In this document: in pieces, positions 24,317-32,095 of the stretch
How the letters are laid out: each line of letters starts with the position of its first letter
Position numbering within the stretch: the first letter of the stretch is position 1
Source: a virus
Taxonomy: Duplodnaviria > Caudoviricetes
Reading direction: 5' to 3' (one strand)
Length of the DNA: 32,095 nt
Virus record (IMG/VR): IMGVR_UViG_3300032330_001602
Coordinates: 1-32,095 of that record
Made by a program: the position numbers and the translations under genes
Notes under the pieces: model-generated
What the model saw: the letters and a program-made list of their open reading frames with translations, nothing else
Database searches by the model: none
What the model was told of the DNA's origin: nothing

Positions 24317-26183
24317 ATACAAATCGCACACTCTGTCTTGCAATTTTATTAAGTGTAGATTCTTCTAATCTAACACTCGTCAATTCTTCTACCAAAAGTC
24401 CATCGTTATTTTGATTAATAATATTAATTTTCTTTGAATTGTCGGCAATAATAGAACTGCCATAATTCATATTTTCACTATTATTTAAATCCACATTTTC
24501 ATTAATTGTTGAAGCAATATCATATTTTGGAGTAGTTGGCATTTCTGAAGCAAGTGTTGATTCTATTTCTGGACTTATTTTTGAATCCATTCCTGCAAGC
24601 TGAGTTGTCGTTTCTTCTGTTGCTGTGGGACTTTCTGGTATTGAAGGTGTAGAACCTTGTGTCTCATTAGCTGATGCAACTGAAACAGTTTGTTTTCCCA
24701 CATCTTTTTGTGATTCATCAAGACTCTTATCATCTTTTGTGCTAACTTGTGATGCTGTATTATTTGATGACTTTGATTGTGAAGAACTTGATTCTGAACT
24801 TTGCTGAGTTTGAGTTGGTACTTCAATTTCTTTTTTAACCTCTGCTCTCAATCTTTCCGGAACAACTTGTATACTTGCTTTAGGATTTTCTGTTGCAAAT
24901 TTTTTGAGTGAATCTCTAGTATATCCATATTCTTTTACTAATTGTTCATCAGTAAGTTTACTGTTTATCGCATCTTGAATTTCTTGTGCATGTACTAATT
25001 TTAATCCCCTATCTTTATTCATTTTTTCAGCTTCACCAATGTCTTTAGCTTCACCTCTTTCAACCATTGCATAAGGATTAAATTTATATTTTGGATTATT
25101 AGGATCTTTTTTAATTTCAGCCAATTCAACACCAGCACCTATGAAAGGTAAAGCAAAGGCACCAGCAATCCATGTAACAGGATTCGTTGCAACTGCTAAT
25201 GCTGCACGACCTAAAAGATTAGCAGCTCCAGATAATAAAGCTTTACCTAAACGTTTTTTAGCTCCTTTTTTACCAAAATCTGCGATACTCATACCTGATG
25301 CAGTAGCTGAAATTGCCTCAGCCATCTCCTCAAGTTTATCCGTTAGGTCTGATATAAACTTATTAAATTCTTTTACTTTTATTGTTGGTTGTTCTTCTTT
25401 ACCTGTTATTGCTTGAATTAATTCTTTGTTCCAAGTATTTTTTAATTCTTCAAATTTTTCTTGGTCTTTTTTATGTAATTTGTTTTCTTTGATTTCTTCA
25501 TCGTGGTGCTTTTTAATTAAATTATATAACTTAGCTAAAATATCAGTAACACTTTCTTTTGTTCTTACTCTTGTATTATTACCAGAAGATACTTTTGTAT
25601 GTAAAGCTTCTTCAAGATTATCTTCTCCAACTTTACCAATTTTTGTAGAAGTTTCTCCAACTTGTTTGGCTTTTTTGTTACCATAACCAGTAAAATATTT
25701 GATATCTTTTTCATCTCTACCCATCTTACGGCCAATAACGGCCGCTATCTTATTGCCAAATACATTCTTAGCAATATTGAGCGGGTCAAATTTCTCTTTG
25801 ATGTTAGAAACTCTAGCTTTAAATTTATCAGAAATACTACTCTTAATTGCAGAACCTAAACTTTCTCCTTCATCAAAGTATTTTTTGAATGCCAATTCTT
25901 TTAAAGATTGATTTCCAACCTTTTTAGCTTTACGATATTCAACCGACTTTGCTTTAGTAGGTTCTTTGGCCACATCAGAATCATTAATTACTTGTGGTGA
26001 AACTGGTTCTGTTTCTGGTTTTGGAAGTTTACCTAATTTTATATTCTCAGCTTTACTTGCTGGTCTTCCAAACGCACCTGTAGTACCCAAGACATACCAA
26101 TATCCTTTATTACTATACGCAGTAGGATCCCAAATGAATATTTCATCTTTTAGTTTTTTGGTAATTGCTTTTGTTTTTTTCAT
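24315..26183 (-). CDS. Large tail/baseplate hub protein (gp29/tape-measure-like)
   Basis: Helical Lys-rich body, EKFDPLN.A motif, Ala/Gly hydrophobic segment and Ser/Thr-rich tail; lies downstream of gp26/gp51. Confidence 0.55.
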   Translation of the reverse strand: MKKTKAITKKLKDEIFIWDPTAYSNKGYWYVLGTTGAFGRPASKAENIKLGKLPKPETEPVSPQVINDSDVAKEPTKAKSVEYRKAKKVGNQSLKELAFKKYFDEGESLGSAIKSSISDKFKARVSNIKEKFDPLNIAKNVFGNKIAAVIGRKMGRDEKDIKYFTGYGNKKAKQVGETSTKIGKVGEDNLEEALHTKVSSGNNTRVRTKESVTDILAKLYNLIKKHHDEEIKENKLHKKDQEKFEELKNTWNKELIQAITGKEEQPTIKVKEFNKFISDLTDKLEEMAEAISATASGMSIADFGKKGAKKRLGKALLSGAANLLGRAALAVATNPVTWIAGAFALPFIGAGVELAEIKKDPNNPKYKFNPYAMVERGEAKDIGEAEKMNKDRGLKLVHAQEIQDAINSKLTDEQLVKEYGYTRDSLKKFATENPKASIQVVPERLRAEVKKEIEVPTQTQQSSESSSSQSKSSNNTASQVSTKDDKSLDESQKDVGKQTVSVASANETQGSTPSIPESPTATEETTTQLAGMDSKISPEIESTLASEMPTTPKYDIASTINENVDLNNSENMNYGSSIIADNSKKINIINQNNDGLLVEELTSVRLEESTLNKIARQSVRFV

Positions 26184-26191
26184 TTTTTAAT

Positions 26192-28210
26192 TTATCTAAA
26201 TTGAATTGATTCTTGCATGAATATAGGTAAATCTGGTTTATTTTTAGCTACTAATATTTTAGGTTCAGATTTATTTCCTATTTTTGTTGTGCTTTCTGAA
26301 TTATTAACTGCAATAACCGGGTTAACTTCATTTTTTAAATTTTTATTTTCTAAAGATTTATTATTTAAATCAGTTCCTTTGTCATTTGATGCTATTTGTG
26401 TTGCTTTATTTTTTATATCAGCCACAATTTCTGATTTCAAATTTTGCGGCATCAACATATGTGGAGTATAATTTTTTCTAAATTCAATATTATCGTGAGA
26501 AACCATTCTATTTAAATAAGGTTTCAAATAAGGTTGATTTGGATTATACCAAACAATAATTTTATTAATGTTTTTTGGTACATTATCTAATAAAGGACCT
26601 AATGAACTACTATGCGGGTCTATAAGATATGCAGTTGAAAATTTAACATTTGGATTTTTTCTTGCAAATTCTATAGCAGGCGCAGCACCAGCACTAAATC
26701 CATATAAAGGCATTCCGTCTTTTGCTTTTGGTGGAACAAATTTATCATAATCTTTTGCCTCAGCTTTAAATCCAGATTCCATTAAAGATTTAGCTGTAGC
26801 ATCAACTCCCACACTACTATTTTCATAACCTGCTTTTTTAGTAATTCCTCTAAACAAAGCAATCTCAGCATCTGGACTCATTTTTGTTGCTGTTTCTGTA
26901 TTTGTTTTAGGAACTTCTTCTAATTTTTTCCCAGGATTAAAAGCTAATATACCGTAATCATAAGGTTTTACTGGTTTGCCATTTTCTCTATATTCAAAAT
27001 GTAAATGTGGTCCTGTAGAATGTCCTGTATTTCCTGAAAGAGCAATTTGTTGTCCAGATTTAACTTTTGTTCCTACTTTAACATCCATTTGTGATAGATG
27101 GCCGTAACGGGTGCTTGTTCCATCACCATGGTTAACATCTATGTATTGACCATAACCTTGTTTTTGATCCTTTGGATTTTCCCAACTTGCGTGAGTAATT
27201 TTTCCATCTTTAACTGCATACAGAGGAGTTCCCATAGGTGCTGGATAATCATTACCTGCGTGTGTTTCGCCGGATTTATAGTAACTTCTTTTTTCTTCAA
27301 AATTATTTTTTGAAGTAACACCTGTTGGTAATTTACCTTGTGGAATATTAGGCGGGGAGATACTTGTTGAAGATGATTTAGTTGCTGTGGTCGATGCGTT
27401 TGAAGGTCCAGTATTTACAGGAGCAGTTGGTTTATTTGGAGTAGTTCCAGTTGGTGTACTAGGTCCACCAGTTGTTCCCCCTCCGTTACCTTCTTCAATT
27501 TTAATATTTTTTATATCATCTAATTTTTGTTTATCAAGTTTATCTTCAAACTTGGTAACATTTTCATTTTTACCCTTGGGAGTTTTCATTCCCTTAGACT
27601 CATATATTTTTTTAATTAATTCTTCATGACGCCTTTTATCTTCGGCCATTTTTTCATGTTCAAAGTTTCTAATCAATTCTCTTTCTAATTTTCTTTCCTG
27701 ATACGTTTTATCAAATAAAGCTAAAATTCTAGTAGATACAGTCGCAATACTATCTCCACGTTTTGGAGCTTCAATACGAGAACTTGCTACCTTAGTAAAA
27801 AATGCTGTATCAACATTACCAATTTTTTCAGGAGTTATTGAAGAAGGTTTTGTTTTACCAAACATCTCACTTTGGTCTTTTTCACCTGTTATACCTTCAG
27901 TCATTTTTTCGCCTGTAGGCTTAATCATGTTCTTTAGGTTTTTTAGGCTAAATTTATTTTTTAAACCGTTTAAGAATTGTTGTGTATTTTCAGAAATACC
28001 TTTTTCAGAAATTCCACTTTCTGTATCTTCTGGTTCGGGAGAATTTTGTTTAGTCTGAGTTACTGTAGGACGACTTAGATATCCTGCTTCTTTTTTGGAT
28101 GCAGCTAATCCATAACTACCATTTTTACCTAAAACGAACCAATATCCTCTACCATTGAAGGCATTAGGATTCCAAACAAATATTTTGTTTTTTAGTTTTT
28201 TAGTTATCAT
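26192..28210 (-). CDS. Tail/hub-associated protein with M23 peptidase and putative alpha/beta-hydrolase domains
   Basis: HAGND, GYG.YI...H.DG..TRYGHL and G.STGPHLHFE (M23); later LYGFSAG...LIDP...H. Confidence 0.8.
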   Translation of the reverse strand: MITKKLKNKIFVWNPNAFNGRGYWFVLGKNGSYGLAASKKEAGYLSRPTVTQTKQNSPEPEDTESGISEKGISENTQQFLNGLKNKFSLKNLKNMIKPTGEKMTEGITGEKDQSEMFGKTKPSSITPEKIGNVDTAFFTKVASSRIEAPKRGDSIATVSTRILALFDKTYQERKLERELIRNFEHEKMAEDKRRHEELIKKIYESKGMKTPKGKNENVTKFEDKLDKQKLDDIKNIKIEEGNGGGTTGGPSTPTGTTPNKPTAPVNTGPSNASTTATKSSSTSISPPNIPQGKLPTGVTSKNNFEEKRSYYKSGETHAGNDYPAPMGTPLYAVKDGKITHASWENPKDQKQGYGQYIDVNHGDGTSTRYGHLSQMDVKVGTKVKSGQQIALSGNTGHSTGPHLHFEYRENGKPVKPYDYGILAFNPGKKLEEVPKTNTETATKMSPDAEIALFRGITKKAGYENSSVGVDATAKSLMESGFKAEAKDYDKFVPPKAKDGMPLYGFSAGAAPAIEFARKNPNVKFSTAYLIDPHSSSLGPLLDNVPKNINKIIVWYNPNQPYLKPYLNRMVSHDNIEFRKNYTPHMLMPQNLKSEIVADIKNKATQIASNDKGTDLNNKSLENKNLKNEVNPVIAVNNSESTTKIGNKSEPKILVAKNKPDLPIFMQESIQFR

Positions 28211-28401
28211 CTACGGGCTGCTTGTCTTTGCTTAATTTTTTCATTTTCTTCTTCAATGTATTGTATAAGCATAGCAACATATATTTCACGTTCCCAAGGC
28301 AGCATATTTTCAAGTTCAAACAAACTATATTTGTGGTGTTGCATTAATGCAAAGTTTGTTTTATAGTAATTCTTCAGATTGTCATGACGAAATGTTATAC
28401 G
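28207..28401 (-). CDS. 51: Baseplate hub assembly protein gp51-like (not in ORF track)
   Basis: HDNLKNYYKTNFALMQHHKYSLFELENMLPWEREIYVAMLIQYIEEEN. First ATG is only at 28344; ATGA overlap with the next gene. Confidence 0.8.
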   Translation of the reverse strand, partial: RITFRHDNLKNYYKTNFALMQHHKYSLFELENMLPWEREIYVAMLIQYIEEENEKIKQRQAARR

Positions 28402-29120
28402 AAAAAAGAGTCTAGACCCTCCACATTAATTGTATGGTGAAAACCACATTTTTTACAATCAACCTCAATCTTCTTATTTAATTTTGGTAACTTATTAAAA
28501 AATTCTTCAATCTTTTCAAATTGTGCTTGATTTAATGATTCTACAAATTCAATTAATTCTGCTGGGTCAGATTCTTCTGCATAGTAATATTGTTCACCAT
28601 CAAAAATGTATTCAATACTTTCTACAATCATATCAAATGCCATATCTGTAGTATTTTCAAATTTACTAGCACGTTGTACAATAGAAAATTCTGGATACTT
28701 TAATTTAACACTAATTTGATTATTGATTTGAATTACATCCGACATAGTTGGATCCGAATCAATTTGGATTTCTAACAAATTAAAATTCACATCCATCAAA
28801 TTACCACAACGTTTTTCTTCAACCTCATTTTCACAACGATATTTATTTTCAACTACTTCACCAACCGACCTTGCTCTAAGATTGATGAAATAAAATTCAA
28901 CATCAATAATTGGTAGTTTATCAATATCAAGGCCTTCAGTCAATGTGCAATTGTGCAACACTTGACGAATGTTTCTTTCAATCGTTTCTTTATCATCAGA
29001 TTCCATAGCCATCATCAGATTACGTTGTTCTTTTACTAAAAAAGGTCTAAAACGTATTTTCTTTTTTGATAATGGTAATTCAAGGTCATAAACCGGTGTA
29101 TCAATTCTAGGTAAAGCCAT
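28395..29120 (-). CDS. 26: Baseplate hub protein gp26
   Basis: MALP.I..P.Y.L.LP......FRPFLVKE, D.E..F..LRA.SVGE, KYP, FF...PKL, CxxC...EGL.SFF. Confidence 0.9.
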   Translation of the reverse strand: MALPRIDTPVYDLELPLSKKKIRFRPFLVKEQRNLMMAMESDDKETIERNIRQVLHNCTLTEGLDIDKLPIIDVEFYFINLRARSVGEVVENKYRCENEVEEKRCGNLMDVNFNLLEIQIDSDPTMSDVIQINNQISVKLKYPEFSIVQRASKFENTTDMAFDMIVESIEYIFDGEQYYYAEESDPAELIEFVESLNQAQFEKIEEFFNKLPKLNKKIEVDCKKCGFHHTINVEGLDSFFV

Positions 29121-29141
29121 TTTATTTTCACTCCATTAAAT

Positions 29142-29675
29142 TTATTTAAAATTAGCAATCAATTTATTAGTAATACTTTCCCAATATGTATATGCAAAAA
29201 CAACAGTTAATTTATGGTATCCTTCATTTGACCAATCTAAATCAAGTTGATTGACTGAAATTGGATATGCATCAATTAATTTTACTTGATATATTGGACT
29301 ATCTTTTAAAGAATATTGTGTAATTGTTATAGTGCCGGCATAATCTTTTTTATATTTAAAATTATAACCGCTGTTTGAAGAAATAAGATTCATCCAATTA
29401 TCCATGTTCTTTTTTATATCCATATCTTCACGAACAATAAATGTTAAATTAATATCATTGAATTGTACATGATATGGATATTTTTCAATTGGATTTGAAC
29501 CAAATTTTTGTTCGGTTGTAGCATATGTTAAACCTGGTAATTCAGCCGTTTCACAATCAAGTGTGGTGTTATTTTTTGTTAGTGAAGCTGGAAAAGTAAC
29601 TTCCGCAGTAAAGCGATTTGGTCTAGCTAATTCACCTCTATTAAAACTACCAATAAAATCTTTTATGGAAGGCAT
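29142..29675 (-). CDS. Tail-tube-fold protein (gp54 baseplate-tube initiator / gp19-like)
   Basis: LARPNRF, C..AELPG, KYPY...F.DI.LTF, Y..DY...I.I.Q, L.DAYP..V..L.L.W and V.FAY..W. Confidence 0.75.
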   Translation of the reverse strand: MPSIKDFIGSFNRGELARPNRFTAEVTFPASLTKNNTTLDCETAELPGLTYATTEQKFGSNPIEKYPYHVQFNDINLTFIVREDMDIKKNMDNWMNLISSNSGYNFKYKKDYAGTITITQYSLKDSPIYQVKLIDAYPISVNQLDLDWSNEGYHKLTVVFAYTYWESITNKLIANFK

Positions 29676-29676
29676 T

Positions 29677-30273
29677 CTAATTATTCCTTATTTCGTTTAC
29701 CGATTCTTGCCATACTGTTTTGGCTGTAGCCCCTTTAAACTGTTGGACAGGCAGAAAAGTTGCCACGTCCCATTCATTTGGCTGAACGGCAAGTACTTTT
29801 GACCTAATATGACTATTCAAATATCTTTTAAGACAAGGCCGAAACGCTTTAAAGCGCTTGGATGCGTTTAAAATGTCATAACTGACTCTTAACCTTTTAA
29901 TTCCGTCCTCATCACCATGAACTGCGTAAGGCATCAACTTACCTAAAAATGCCACTCGGTATTGTATTGGCAAATAATGTAGGTTAAGCCCTAAGAATCC
30001 ATCAGAATATTTTTCTAATGTTAATACCAAAGGGAATTTATCATAATAATCCAAATCATCTTTACCTTTTGGGTCATAGTAAAAATAATATAGGTTACCT
30101 AAGATAAACTTATTCTTATTTCTATATTTTTCAGCCGAAATACCACTTGCTAATGCTGAAGAACTTTTTAATTCAGCAATTCTTTTTAATAACCAAGCAT
30201 AAGATTCTCTTGAGGACATTTTAAGTCCTTGAGATTTTCTTTCAGCCGCAATTGAAGATAAGATAGATGTCAT
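29677..30273 (-). CDS. 2: DNA end protector protein gp2
   Basis: G.LY...YDPK.K..L.YYD.FPLV, GF.GLNLHYLP...R, PC.KRYL..H..S and LP.Q.F. Confidence 0.9.
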   Translation of the reverse strand: MTSILSSIAAERKSQGLKMSSRESYAWLLKRIAELKSSSALASGISAEKYRNKNKFILGNLYYFYYDPKGKDDLDYYDKFPLVLTLEKYSDGFLGLNLHYLPIQYRVAFLGKLMPYAVHGDEDGIKRLRVSYDILNASKRFKAFRPCLKRYLNSHIRSKVLAVQPNEWDVATFLPVQQFKGATAKTVWQESVNEIRNN

Positions 30274-30278
30274 TTAGT

Positions 30279-30285
30279 TATTTAG
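30279..30285 (-). promoter_or_regulatory. T4-type late promoter
   Basis: aCTAAATA on the minus strand, in the gap between gp4 and gp2. Confidence 0.5.
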
Positions 30286-30720
30286 TTACAGTCCTAAATG
30301 GTCTTCCGTAATTAATTTGAATTGCCAGCCACGGTCTAAACAATATTCGTTAGCGGCTTTCCATTTGGCTTGATTGACGCCCCATGTCGTAACTTCTGAT
30401 ATAAATTGCTTTGTAACTCTTTTTTGTGGTTGAGGTTGTACTGTTTGTTTTTTTGGCTTAACTTCAAGCATCATAGTTGATATTTTATTGTCTTTTGTTT
30501 TAACTTTAACTAAAAAGTCTGGAAAATAACGATGCCAACGATTATCGACAGGAGAAATGTAAGGAATTTGTAATTCTTCAGATGCCCACGATATAATAGA
30601 ATCATTATTATCTAACCAAGACATTACTTTACATTCCCAAGACGAGCGATATACTATATTGTTGGGGTCTCCAACATACTTTTCTGGGTGTTTTGGTTTA
30701 AATAGTCCTGAATATGCCAT
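30286..30720 (-). CDS. 4: Head completion nuclease gp4
   Basis: MAY.G.F.P..P.KY.GD...I.YRS.WE, W.SEE..IPY.SP.D...HRYFPDF, EVKP..QT and N.AKW.AA. Confidence 0.92.
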   Translation of the reverse strand: MAYSGLFKPKHPEKYVGDPNNIVYRSSWECKVMSWLDNNDSIISWASEELQIPYISPVDNRWHRYFPDFLVKVKTKDNKISTMMLEVKPKKQTVQPQPQKRVTKQFISEVTTWGVNQAKWKAANEYCLDRGWQFKLITEDHLGL

Positions 30721-30725
30721 AAATA
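30719..30725 (+). promoter_or_regulatory. T4-type late promoter for gp48
   Basis: cATAAATA overlapping the divergent gp4 start codon. Confidence 0.55.
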
Positions 30726-30753
30726 GTATGTATATCAAATTTAAGAGAAAAAA

Positions 30754-31884
30754 ATGGCAGACATAACATTAACTCAGGTCAATACTGCTGTAGGCCTACG
30801 TGGACCTTTATCTAAACTCGATGAATCGTCCAATGATTTATCCGTTGTTAAATATCCTAGTGATTTAGGTGAAAAGACAGATACTTCAAAAAATGCCAAA
30901 AATCATTGGGTGACTTTTAGAATTTATGACATTGAACCAGCAGCAATTAAGAGTGCTTCAACTGGATTTGCTAATAATCAAACTGTATTAGGAATATCTG
31001 ATAAAGCTGCAACTGCTGTGGGTATTTTAGGTGGAGTTGCAGTTGGAGCGGGCGCAGTACTAGGTTCTGAATCAGCTGCTGGTAATAAAGCTTTAAGTGT
31101 TGGTGCTTTTTCTGTTTTGGGAGCTGTAGGATTAGGCCTTGGATTCACAGTTTCTCCTCAGATTAGTAAAATCAAATCTTGTATATCACTTTATATGCCA
31201 GACACATTAACTGCAGCATATGACGCCAACTATGAAGAAATGAGTCTTACACAAGATTTGGGTCCTGCAATAACAACACTCAGAGCAGTTGGTAATATTG
31301 CTGATGGAGTTTTAAGTGGTTTAGGTAAAGGTAATTCACTTGGTGGCGATCCAAATGTTGTACAAGCTGCAGTTGCTGCGGCTAGCGCAATTGGAGTTCC
31401 TGGAGTTAACGTAGAAAATTTAGGAACATTATTACAAAGAGCTCAAGGTTATGCAATAAACCCACAATTGCAGATGGTTTATCGTGGAACAGGATTAAGA
31501 AGTTTTCAACTATCATTTACATTTACACCAAAATCAAAAGATGAAGGTATACAAGTAAATAATATAATTAATCAATTTAGATTTTATTTTTCACCAAGTT
31601 TAGGACAAAATGCTGGTAAAAATACACAAGCAACTACAAATAGTATGTTTTTAATACCTCCTTCTATATTCGAAATTGATTTTTATGTTAATGGTCAAAG
31701 AAGTTTAAATCTACCAAGATATGGTCGTTGTGTTATGACGGCTTTAGATGTTAATCATGCTCCAAATGGTTTTGCTACTTATGAAGATAGTACAATGCTA
31801 CAAACAACATTACAGATGTCATTTAAAGAAATGGATATTCTCACAAGAGATAATTTCAAAGATACTACAAATCCAAGAAGGTAA
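30754..31884 (+). CDS. 48: Baseplate tail-tube cap gp48
   Basis: YP.DL, I.LYMP......Y...Y, NP..Q..Y.G..LR.F...F.F.PKS..E, II..FR and CV.T...VN..P.G; divergent from gp4. Confidence 0.85.
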   Translation: MADITLTQVNTAVGLRGPLSKLDESSNDLSVVKYPSDLGEKTDTSKNAKNHWVTFRIYDIEPAAIKSASTGFANNQTVLGISDKAATAVGILGGVAVGAGAVLGSESAAGNKALSVGAFSVLGAVGLGLGFTVSPQISKIKSCISLYMPDTLTAAYDANYEEMSLTQDLGPAITTLRAVGNIADGVLSGLGKGNSLGGDPNVVQAAVAAASAIGVPGVNVENLGTLLQRAQGYAINPQLQMVYRGTGLRSFQLSFTFTPKSKDEGIQVNNIINQFRFYFSPSLGQNAGKNTQATTNSMFLIPPSIFEIDFYVNGQRSLNLPRYGRCVMTALDVNHAPNGFATYEDSTMLQTTLQMSFKEMDILTRDNFKDTTNPRR

Positions 31885-31886
31885 TC

Positions 31887-32095
31887 ATGTTATATTTTAA
31901 TACTTTTCCTTTAGTTATTGCTTCAGATTCTAAAAATAATGCCATTTTATTGACTAATTTAATGGCCAGAGTAGAAATTATACCATCACTATTAAAAAAT
32001 CCATTGTTATTTTATTCATATGATTTAAAAGAAAGTGATAGACCTGATATTATTGCAAACAAATATTATGATGATTCAAATAAGTTTTGGATGAT
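31887..32095 (+). CDS. 53: Baseplate wedge gp53, 3'-truncated by the window edge
   Basis: MLYFNTFP...TNLMARV...FY.YD....DRPDIIA.KYYDD....W directly after gp48. Confidence 0.85.
   Translation, partial: MLYFNTFPLVIASDSKNNAILLTNLMARVEIIPSLLKNPLLFYSYDLKESDRPDIIANKYYDDSNKFWM

Noticed and set aside
1-32095. Stop-codon recoding, or introns/inteins
   Set aside because: Recognised core genes are intact and of expected size under the standard bacterial code.

Overview
AT-rich segment of a T4-like myophage genome with a probable proteobacterial host. Positions 1-3305 hold small early/hypothetical genes, including a DenV-like glycosylase. Positions ~3.3-18.6 kb form an accessory island. It opens with two adhesin-like proteins that share an N-terminal module (one Gly-rich, one with a SUEL-type lectin-like domain). 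A tightly coupled tailoring-enzyme cluster accompanies them: nine HxD/E...H dioxygenase/cupin-like proteins, three PP-loop ATPases, an adenylate-forming enzyme, a fatty acid desaturase, a GNAT, a methyltransferase, a glycosyltransferase and an SGNH-like protein. Next come a PD-(D/E)XK exonuclease, a signal-peptide NucA-type nuclease, a circularly permuted two-piece tmRNA gene (tag ANDESYALAA), a SleB-like hydrolase, gp33, an oxygenase gene flanked by a 15-bp direct repeat, gp59, a HAD nucleotidase and gp32. The window ends in a late structural block: two paralogous tail/hub proteins, gp51, gp26, gp54-like, gp2, gp4, gp48 and partial gp53. A candidate programmed -1 frameshift joins gp26 to gp51. 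All calls come from motif reading; no searches were run.
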